33,790 nucleotides of DNA. Source: Rotaria socialis. Taxonomy: Eukaryota. Positions 24,240 through 33,790 of the stretch are shown piece by piece (positions within the stretch are counted from its first letter, which is position 1; every line of letters starts with the position of its first letter). The stretch is from contig CAJNYD010000446.1 in the NCBI GenBank assembly GCA_905331295.1, positions 1 through 33,790 on the forward strand, read 5' to 3'. The notes below the pieces were generated by a model. That model had not been told where the DNA came from, did not search any database, and worked only from the letters and a program-made list of their open reading frames with translations. A program made the translations under genes and the position numbers.

Positions 24240-24974
24240 TTATCGAATTTCATCGAGTTTCATAGCTAAATGTCCTGTTTTCATAAACAATTGACATCCA
24301 TTCTCACTTGTGACTTTAAATTTTCGTCCTGCCCAATCAACGGGTCGTCTAATCCAAAATCCTTTTGTGCACTTATTCTTATTGTTTTCATCATCGGTGC
24401 CATCAATATTTTCGAAACTCATATCACCCTTGAGTACAAATATTTCTTCACCGCCTTGTCCAACAACCCAATTATCACTTTGAAAACCAGGTTCCAATTT
24501 CTCCATCCATACGTATTCGCCTGTTTTTGCATTTGAAAATAAATCAAGACGTTCTCGTTTTGCATCCGAATCTTTTTTCCAATCATTCGAAGTTTCTGTA
24601 TCGATGAGGGTGATAGGTGCTTCTGTACGATCATTCATTTGACGAAGTTTAACCAATAGAGTGGCTCCTTCTTCAGTTGTCCATGGTTCATGTAATGTAC
24701 CCATTCCATGTCGACAGTAAGTCAATGGACTGTGATCACCCGATAGATCATCGAAAAGTCGCCCGTCTAACATAACAAATTCTTCGCCACCTTCATGATT
24801 ATGACGAGGAAATTTCACAAATGGATCGAATTTAACAATAGTTGTAGCACGAGCAACTTCATCACCTATTCGATCTAACATTCGACGTTGAACACCTTTC
24901 TTAGGCGAATCAACAAATGGAATTAAATTAGAATCGATAACATGTGGAACAGAAAGATCAGAACAAATCTGCAT
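24240..24974 (-). CDS. ChrR-like bicupin (Cupin_7) protein, bacterial type, intronless; horizontal-transfer candidate
   Basis: 244 aa. SPKKGVQRRMLDRIGDEVARATTIVKF...RHNHEGGEEFVMLDG...LHEPW..EGATLLVKLRQM, then a second cupin GGEEIFVLKG...GCQLFMKTGHL, match the bacterial ChrR-type cupin family. Confidence 0.9.
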   Translation of the reverse strand: MQICSDLSVPHVIDSNLIPFVDSPKKGVQRRMLDRIGDEVARATTIVKFDPFVKFPRHNHEGGEEFVMLDGRLFDDLSGDHSPLTYCRHGMGTLHEPWTTEEGATLLVKLRQMNDRTEAPITLIDTETSNDWKKDSDAKRERLDLFSNAKTGEYVWMEKLEPGFQSDNWVVGQGGEEIFVLKGDMSFENIDGTDDENNKNKCTKGFWIRRPVDWAGRKFKVTSENGCQLFMKTGHLAMKLDEIR

Positions 24975-25204
24975 AATGATGATGCTACAAATTTAGTTGG
25001 ATACTATGCAATGCAGTATCAAATATTACGTGCATTTATATGTGGAGTAAAACATGCACGAGTCATACACGACAAGAACTATAAAAATGTCAGTAGAACG
25101 ATAAAGATGTCAGCAGAACATTAGAAAAACAACAAATAGACGTAAGATAAGCTTGTTCCGTTTGAGACTGTTTTAGTAGTGCAAGTGATCTCTTTGAGAA
25201 TATT

Positions 25205-25366
25205 GAGGAGTGGCAGAATTCTCACAACCAAAATGCAAGAATTCTGTATTCACAGCAGAATTTTACTAGAACTTTGCTTGTCAACTAATCATAAGGAATA
25301 CAGAATTCTTAGCATAATTCTGCTAGAACTTTGCTCGTATTAAACAGCAGAATTCTGCCACTGCTG
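25205..25366. mobile_element. 162-bp hAT-type MITE between the divergent cupin and PPR-DYW genes
   Basis: TIR GAGGAGTGGCAGAATTCT vs reverse-complement CAGCAGTGGCAGAATTCT. 8-bp TSD AGAATATT / AGAAAATT (7/8). Internal AGAATTCT-like repeats. Confidence 0.8.
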
Positions 25367-25448
25367 AGAAAATTCTATTAGAATCTAATGAAACAAATTC
25401 AAAAGAAAAATAATTACTCTTTTCACAAAAGCTTTTCGAAGGTTTCAG

Positions 25449-28400
25449 ATGTTACGTTTTTATATAAAAAGTTATCATCTTCAATCAGCTTGCGTTATAA
25501 ATATTTGGTCAACTAGATGTTTATCTTCAGCGAATAAATTGATTAGTCATGATGAAATTCGTACATGGAATCATTCATTACGTGAACTTCTTCGTCATGG
25601 TAAACTGGAAGAAGTTCTTGAACAATATCATAATCGAAAATCAACATTAGGAGATCTATCTATACAAACTTATTGTATAATTTTTAAAGCATTTACATTA
25701 ACTAAAAAATGGTCGGAAGCTCATCGATTATATACTCAAATTCAAACTAATACAAAACTTTATAATGACCAACAATTAAAAATTGCAAGTAGTTTAAAAA
25801 ACTCAAAACGATATTTTTATGCATTGACTTTTTTAAAATTGTTTTTGTATTAGATCATTTTAAATATGTACTCAAAAGCAGGTTACTTCGATCAAGGTAT
25901 ATTTCACTTTATTTTTTCGTTCTTAATTTCTGTTGTTGAATTTAGCGGAACAGATTCTTGCTGATCTACTAGCATCACTGCCAACATCGACTAAGCCGCA
26001 CCATATTGATCCAACTGTTTTTTCTATAGTTATGACTGGATATAATCTTCATCGTCAACCAGACAAGACTTTAATCACTTTTGATCGTGTTCAATGTCCC
26101 GATGCTATTTCTTATTTACTAGCATTTCAAGCATGCGCACTATTAAAAAACTTACAAAAAGGAAAAGAATTAGCTAAAAAATTAGAAAAATTAAATATAG
26201 ATCTTGGAAAAAATTTCAAATTACAGACTGCATTATTTGATGTAAGTCGCTCTAGACTCAATGATAATACCTAATTGTTTATTAGTAGATGTATGGTAAA
26301 TGTGATGATGTACCCAATGGTAAATATTATAAAAAATCAATTTTTAATTTTCTTAGATATTTATTTTTGTTTCTCTATTCAGCTGAAACTATTTTTGATA
26401 TGATTGAAAATCCAACGATAGTTCATTACAATTCTTTGTATGTTTTTCAATTTATTATTTCAAATGATTTATTTGTATTTTGTTTTTTGTGTAGATTAAA
26501 AGTATACAATAATAATAAGATGTATGATAAAGCATTTGAATTGTATTATAAATTAAAACAAAATCAAAAGAATCTTATACCAGATCAAATCACATTTAGT
26601 TGCATTCTATATTCTGTTGCTAAAATAGCTCATAGTGATCGATGCCAAGATATTCTAAATGATTTAAATTCAAGCAAAATTCATCTTGATCAACATCCTA
26701 TTCTTCAAACAAGTCTAATTCATGCATTAGGCAAATGTGGAGATATCACTACAGGTAAATAATCAATTGTTTTAGTAAACAATAAAAATATTGTTTTTAA
26801 AAATAATCTAGCTCAAGAAATCTTCGATCAAATTACTCAAGAACGTACAACTGGTATTTATAATGTAAGATATATGTGTCGGGAAGAATTTGTGCCATTG
26901 TGTCGTTTTTTATAGGTTTTGATGAAGGGTTATATCTATGCTCAAACACCATTAACAGCCCTATCTATTTTTGATAAAATATCAAAACCTGATACAATTT
27001 CCTATTTGATTGCAATCAATGCTTGCGCTCAAATCTCTATGCTTCGTCGAGCTCGAATTTTATATGACCAAATTTTATCGAATTTTCCATCATGTAAAGA
27101 AGATATTCGAATAATGAATGCTCTTATTGATATGTTCGGAAAAGTAAATCAAAATTATTATATACGTATATTTAGGCAAGAACTAATCAATCTAATATTC
27201 TTCTAATTTGTTTTTTCTCTAGTGTGCTGATGTCAATGTAGCTCAACAACTATTTAATATGATTGAACATAAAGATATTATTTCGTATAATGCACTGGTA
27301 AAAATATATATTTTATCTATTAACATGTCTTCATAATTCTGTTTCTTTTTAAGATTAATGCCTATGGTATGAAATATCTTTTAAGCTCTATTTTACTAAA
27401 AACAAGCTCTTTTATTTCGAAGGTCTCAATGGTTATGGTTTGAAGGCTTTCAACATTTACAATTCGCTCTTAAAGAATTCAACATTAATTCCAGACGAAA
27501 AAACTTTCTCAATTCTTATTAATGCTTGTTCACATTCATTACTTGTTAATGAAGCTGAACAAATCTTTGATTCGATACCAATTAAATCTCGAAATGTTTT
27601 TATTTACGCTACTATGGTAGATCATATATTTTTCTATAGTGAGAATTTAATTTTTTTTAAATATTATAGATTGATACATTGTGTCGCGCATCAAAAATAA
27701 ATCAAGCTGAAAATCTACTTGTTCAATTTGAGCAAACCAATAGAAAATATCCACCGATGTATATAACATTGTTAACAGCTTATGCTCGTGTTGGAAATAT
27801 TAATAAAGTGATTGAGATACGTGATTTTATTCAGGAACATTTTCCCACTGATTTTCATTATATTTCATCAGCAACAATTCTTCTAGCCAATACGTATGCT
27901 TTTCTGGATAATATGAATGAAGCAAAACGTTTACGTACGATACTAACGGAAACAAATAAGCTACGTGGAATATCAAAATTACCTGGAATATCATGGACAG
28001 AAACGAATGATGGTCAAATACATGAATTTATTGCTCATGATGTTTGTATAAAAGAAAATTGAAACAATCAAAATTGAATTGAATTTTTGTTTAGAAACGT
28101 CATGAGCGAACAGAAGATATTTATGAAGAACTGAAATATATTTCTGATAAACTTAGCAAAGATGGTCATAAAAGTGACCGAAGATGGATAACATCAGATC
28201 ATAATTGTAGTGAATTAACCGATCCATTACATACTCATAGTGAACGGTTAGCACTTGCATATCAATTATTACTACGAAGAACAATACCGAGTAATGAACC
28301 AATACAAATTACAAAAAATCTTCGAATATGTGGAGATTGTCATGAAATTTTCAAACGAATCACTCGTATTTACACAGGACTGATTATTTTAATTCGAGAT

Positions 28401-28457
28401 AGAACACGATATCATAAATTTCAACAAGGAGAATGCTCTTGTAATGACTTTTTTTGA
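25449..28457 (+). CDS. PPR-E/E+-DYW protein (plant-type RNA-editing-factor architecture), 13 exons, ~772 aa
   Basis: Exons 25449-25784, 25854-25896, 25946-26241, 26289-26319, 26383-26437, 26495-26754, 26812-26864, 26916-27143, 27223-27297, 27354-27366, 27423-27616, 27670-28041 and 28095-28457 total 2319 nt and stay in frame. PPR motifs (NALIDMFGKCADVNVAQQLF, PDEKTFSILINACSH), E domain (ILLANTYA), PG box (KLPGISWTE), and DYW domain HSERLALAY...KNLRICGDCH...IRD..RYHKFQQGECSCNDFF*. Confidence 0.93.
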
Positions 28458-28959
28458 AATAAAATTCAAACAAAATTATTTCTTTCTTTGATTAGAAAAT
28501 AATATAGAAATAAAAGAAAACTACTAATTTCTAAGTAAATATCTGATAATTTATAGTGATTGATACAAATTTTCAATAGTAATCTTTCGATTGATACTGC
28601 AATTTTATCGCCTATGTTCATATTTTCAAATCTATATCCGACCAAGAATCTTCTGTCTATTATTAGTACAAAAAGTACAACATGAAAATGTAGACAGAAA
28701 AAATTTATTTTTTAAAAATAGAAAGAATGAACCTAGATAATCATCGATGTAATCAGGCGGAAAAAAAACGAAGGCTATTAGTTTTTTCCTTTTCTGGTAA
28801 TGCTTATCGCTCATGAGTCATGTATTTTACAAAACAATGTCGATGAGTCAACCGGTGACATTGCATTCTATGCACTGATGTAAATTTATAATCGACTCTT
28901 TATTCTGTGTTTTTTAGCATCCTAAAGAATTTAACTTTGTCTTAACACAAACATCACCG

Positions 28960-30096
28960 ATGGCAACATTACTTGAATATTTACCAGATGAAATTCTCCT
29001 GACTATTTGTCAATATCTGTATCAGCGCTACATTATTCAGGCTTTTTGTGGTTTAAACTCTCGTCTTAATTGTACAATTTCACATTTCACTCGATCTTTT
29101 ATTGTATCTGATGAAAACTTCTTGACAAAGGAAGAAAATTTCAAACTACTTTCTACTATTGGACCTTATCTTCATTCTCTTACAATAAAAAATATTTCTC
29201 TATCTGCAAATGAAATAAGTTTAGCATCAAATATTCGAGAACTGACATTGATTCATACGCAACCCTGTCTTATTCCGGTAATTTTGTAAGAAAGATTCAA
29301 TGAAAACCGAAACTTTCGATTGTATTTTTAGTCACTTCGAAATCTAACTGATTTGAATATTATCTACGGGCCAAAATTTCAATCGATTGATGTTTTATTT
29401 TTACCAAATAATAATATTCATTCTGTTTATATTTCTTCAATTAGTCCTTTAAAAGTCCCTGTATTTTCACCTTCAAAATTTTCTTCAATCAAACAACTTA
29501 CTATAATTCTTCAATCATTTCATGATTTTGTTCAATTACTTCGTATTTGTCCGCAACTTACATGTCTGAATCTGACACTACAAACTTGTGATCCAATAAT
29601 CTTAGAAATACCAGACAAGTAAGATTAACTTTAATTAGATCTAAACTAATTTGATTTATGTAGTCAATTACAAATCGAAACATCTTCAACTCTTCGTAAT
29701 TTTTCACTTCGAACAACGTACGATCTTAATGTTAACTTCAATACATTAAAAAATATATTTAAACACTTAAGTTCAAATATCGAACATATTGCTATCGAAA
29801 TTAATACCGAAGATATAGCATGTATTGATGGTGAACTATGGGAAAACTATTTGAAACAAAATCTACTAGATTTACATCGGTTTGAATTTTTCATTCTATT
29901 AAGAAAAGAAAATCAAGACCAGACAAAACTAATACCGTTAGGAGATATCTTTAAGAAATTTCAAAGTTCATATTGGTCTTTAATGATTCCTCAAAATATG
30001 ACTGGATACTATAATTCATCCTTTTCTGGTATATCGACATGTATTCATACAAAAGCTATTCCAACAGTGAAACGACGACGCTATTTTTTGAACTAA
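28960..30096 (+). CDS. F-box domain / LRR-like protein, 3 exons
   Basis: Exons 28960-29277, 29332-29618 and 29664-30096 join in frame. N-terminal LEYLPDEILLTICQYL...AFCGLNSRLN F-box-like motif, CPQLTCLNL, and IDGELWENYL typical of the expanded rotifer F-box family. Confidence 0.8.
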
Positions 30097-31688
30097 TCTA
30101 AACTTTTATTGAAAATAGATCCGAAAGAACAACAGAAAAAACAACGATTTATGATTTTCAACATCGTGCACGATGTGGCTTTGAAACCAAATACGAATTG
30201 ATGTTTGGGATAGTACTAATTGAGTAGCAAGTTGATCGTATTCATACGACGTTGGATATTGATTTTGATTATAATCTTTATTTAAATACCAAATTTGCCA
30301 ATCAGTTAGTTTGCGTCGTGTCTACAAAGATATTAACAAAGATTTTGCAACTGAGAACATTCGAAATCAATACCTTTCATTGTACATATTTTGATAGAAC
30401 ATGATACTCATATAATGACAAAACAGAGGAATCAAAAGAACTATAAATAATATCGTCTAAAAAAAATTATTAACAATAATATAAATAGCTGTTCAGAAGT
30501 GAAAGTTTGTCAAAAATAAACACAGCAATCGTACTGCATTCAGTCTTTCATTTCGACTTTATTAATGCAAATTAAAAAACTTTAAACTTACCTTGATTTT
30601 GTTCAAATATAGAAAGGAAACGAACAGCATTTGTGGAGATTGCTGATGATTCAATCGAATGAAAGTGGTTAAGCCTGCTTTAAAACGATGCGATGAATAG
30701 CTGAAGTGAAAAATATCTATTTATTTTCAAATATTCATTACATTCACCGTTTCTTCCTCTGTAATGGACATATTTTTATTTTAATTATTTGAAAATTCAG
30801 TCGATGATGGAACTTTTTGGTTGGCAACCGATTTGAATATAAATATGAATATCTATTGGTCTTACCTTGTATTCTAGCAATTAGTTATGATTTACTCATC
30901 TTTTTCTTGCACATGTTGACAAACTTAAATCAATTACAATCATCTTCATTGAATAATTAGAGTAAATTTGATGTGAATATGATCTATTTATTTTTATAAC
31001 AGTATATATTTGAGTATTATATCCAATTGACATATCAGAGAAAACTTGCTGATTGAAAGAAGAACAATTTCTAGTGGCGCAAATAAACTTTCACTTTTAG
31101 CTCATGTACAAGTTATGTTGAATAAATATTGATTCAAAACAGAGACAATTAGATTCACAAAGAAAGCGCATTGATATCAAGAAAATATTTCCTTGCTTCA
31201 TTGAAGAACATCTTCGAGTAATTAAATGTAAGTAATTTCTCCTTGAATTGTGCGAGAGAAAATAAATTTTTCTGCGCCGATAAGATCAATTCAAAATGTC
31301 ACCTATTCGTTGACAGTGACAGCAAGTATAGTGTTGTCATTGCTCATATCATTTATTTGTTTCGCTCTTTAACAGTGTTTTATAGGAGAGTGACAGAAAA
31401 TATTGTTTTTCTCTCATTACTATATCAATTTTTTCTCTCATTACATCAAGAATACAATAAGCGGTGTGACAAATAGAAAACAGCGATCTTTTTTATTACG
31501 TGTAATGTAAACATAACAATATCAACAAAGACTCACTTGTATATACAGACGCGCATACATCTATTTATTAACACAAGAAAATCTTTGTCTTGGCTATTTT
31601 AACAGCGCAGATGATGAATATATAATTGCTGTGAGTTTTTTCTTTTCTCCTATATTACTTTGATCGAAGTCGAAGCTATAAGACAACT

Positions 31689-32513
31689 ATGGGTATGATT
31701 AATTCGAAATCAAAATATATTACTTGTTCAAATAAATCGGACATAAAATGTAGTTACCGATTTCCAACAATTTTTCATTCGGGATCATTAATATCATTAC
31801 GAAATAGAAAATTAAAATATATTGATTTCGAGTTTTACAACCGACAACGTTTTTGTATGAAGAAAAAAGTTCTTATTTTGGGCTTGGATGGTGTAGGAAA
31901 AACAGATTTATTTAATCGATTGATATGTCCTACTAATCAATTGCCAAAATTACATTCATTGTCCCAACCAACTGTGGGTAAGCACGAAAACGAATGAGCC
32001 ATGACTGAGAGTAATTATTTGTTTTTCTAAATCTTAGGATATAATGTTGAAACAATAAAAGTTTATAGTCGTCATTTCTATCTTCGCCGTTGTCACAAAA
32101 TTACAATATGGGATTGTGGTGGTCAACCTTCTCTTCGATCATTATGGCCTTATCATTTTTCGAATACTTCTCTTCTTCTTTGGTTAATAAATGCACATGA
32201 TCGCTCAAGATTAGATATTAATCTTGATTTACTTTCACAAACTCTTAAAAATCGATTACTTGATCGAGTTCCAGTTCTTATTGTTGTATATCAAACATCG
32301 GTTGTTTTACAAAATCAAAAAAAAATCTTCAATGAAAATCATAATGAAAATTTATTAACTAACCTAGAAGTAGCTTATCGCTTTTTAATTACACTTTCAA
32401 CTTATCGCGCAAATACATTCAAATGGCAAGTTATTAGTATCAATTTGAATGATAATTCAAATGAGGATCTTAAAAGAGTTCAACAATCGTTTAAAGAATT
32501 AATGGAATTATGA
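31689..32513 (+). CDS. Divergent ARF/ARL-family small GTPase-like protein, 2 exons
   Basis: Exons 31689-31977 and 32038-32513. G1 LGLDGVGKT, G2 PTVGYNVE, G3 WDCGGQ, R.LW.Y; N-terminal MG; no NKxD motif. Confidence 0.85.
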
Positions 32514-32546
32514 AAAAAAAGCACACATTACTAGATCTATTTTTCT

Positions 32547-33337
32547 TTAATCTGGTAAAGAACGAACTAATTGACGATCATTATTCTCATCATTGTTATA
32601 TCCATTATCGGTTGCATCTCGATAATATATTGAACTTCCATGTATACTACTACTCATAGAATATTTATTCATATGAGGAATTGCCCATTCTTGATGCTAG
32701 AATATTGAACATACGTAATAGATAATAGCTACTAAGTTAAAATGTGAATTAGAAAATTTTCAAAGATTTACTTTGAGTCGATTGATTCTGGCTTGTTTAA
32801 AAAAGAGATGTCTTAGTTGTTGATGTCGTTCTCGAATAGATTGTATTCGTTTTCCTTCATCTTCAGCTTCTTTTAAAGCAGCAATTTCTTCGTATTCTTG
32901 ATCTATTCAAAGGAACAAAATGCCTATGCGTTTTTAAAAAGAAAAATTATCATCAACTTCTCAATGTTTTTTCTTGATTTGCTTTGGTCATAGCAGTGGA
33001 GAGTCTTGCTATAAAATAAGAATGTAAAAAAAGTCAATTATTGAAATTCATCGGTATATTCAATGATGATACCTTTATTTTTTCCATCATTGAATGGTCG
33101 ACTTTTTGTGCACTGTTTTATTTCTTTGCAAACTAAAGTTGATTCTACAGGTGGCATAAGTACGACTGAATTCCAGAATTGTTTAGCCAATTTGCTTTCA
33201 TCTTCTCGAGATCCATCGAATACAGTTAATGTTGAATTTAGTCGAGTATCGACTTCGTGTATTATTGGACTTGATAAATCTATTAATAACAATAATTGTA
33301 TATTGCGGTGTCCGTTTACGAACAACTACTTACTCAT
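32547..33337 (-). CDS. HOATZ: HOATZ (C11orf88)-like cilia/flagella-associated protein, multi-exon; start codon tentative
   Basis: LTVFDGSREDESKLAKQFWNSVVLMPPVESTLV parallels the HOATZ motif (VFAGSS..D..LAKQFW.S....PP.ES.LV) as I recall it. Further exons include 32903-32773 (EYEEIAALKEAEDEGKRIQSIRERH) and a last exon ending LVRSLPD* at 32547. Confidence 0.72.
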
Positions 33338-33370
33338 TCTTCTGTTTAAAAACATACCATGTTCTAAGGA

Positions 33371-33384
33371 GTTGTCATGGAAAA
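33371..33384. promoter_or_regulatory. Possible RFX X-box upstream of the HOATZ-like gene
   Basis: GTTGTCATGGAAAA resembles the X-box GTTRYC-AT-GGHAAC except for the last base, ~34 bp upstream of the tentative ATG. A second palindrome, GTTGTTATACAAC, lies at 33723-33735. Confidence 0.3.
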
Positions 33385-33790
33385 GACACAATCAAAGAAA
33401 TATTCAGAAGACAGAGCACGACAAATTTAACTCTAACATTTGTCTTTTTCTTTCAGCTTCTACAGCCATCTATGGGTAAACCAATATTGGAAATCATACT
33501 ATCGCTCATAACTTGATGATCATTTTTTTACAGTAATTTAAAAAATAATTAGCATAAATGATAGAAACATTAGAATTTATTTCATCTCTGTTAATTTTTA
33601 TATAGGTTTCTATTATGTTATCAGTTAGGTGTTAGCGTCGTAAGATGTCGCCGTACGACGCTAACTTGTTTTCTTAGACTTATTCGTTTCTTTTCTGTCA
33701 TTCCTTTTCATCGTAATCGATAGTTGTTATACAACAGGTTACAATGCCCCTTTTTTTTGTTTCTCACTCTCTCTTGCTATGTATTGTATT

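Noticed and set aside
25213..25360. AGAATTCT repeats as heat-shock elements
   Set aside because: GAA and TTC are adjacent rather than spaced nGAAnnTTCn; better explained as MITE internal motifs.
30580..31230. Possible exon remnants between the F-box and ARL genes
   Set aside because: Splice-like signals exist but every frame has stops and no family is recognisable.
33063..33516. Plus-strand ORFs of 138 and 95 aa
   Set aside because: Overlap the HOATZ-like gene in antisense and have no motifs.

Overview
AT-rich eukaryotic genomic DNA with many short (about 45-80 nt) GT-AG introns. Intron size, the F-box family, the foreign-looking genes and the DYW-PPR gene together suggest a bdelloid rotifer (inference). 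In order along the window: a spliced chimeric gene (PemK/MazF-like N-terminus joined to an internal VPS13-like fragment); a decayed coiled-coil pseudogene; an apparently intact Mutator (MULE) transposon; a multi-exon PHLDB/LL5 PH-domain gene (-); an internally deleted hAT element with a nested MITE; two identical tRNA-Val(AAC) genes; a second hAT-type element; a TA-flanked foldback element with 314-bp arms; an intronless bacterial-type ChrR-like bicupin gene (-) head-to-head with a 13-exon plant-type PPR-E/E+-DYW gene; an F-box gene; a divergent ARF/ARL GTPase lacking G4/G5; and a HOATZ-like ciliary gene (-). The PPR-DYW gene has an intact cytidine-deaminase signature, and its DYW exon is missing from the ORF track. 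The strongest lead is this intron-rich, probably mitochondrial PPR-DYW candidate RNA-editing factor in an animal, paired with a second foreign gene. Gene models were spliced by hand and family calls come from motif recognition, not database searches.
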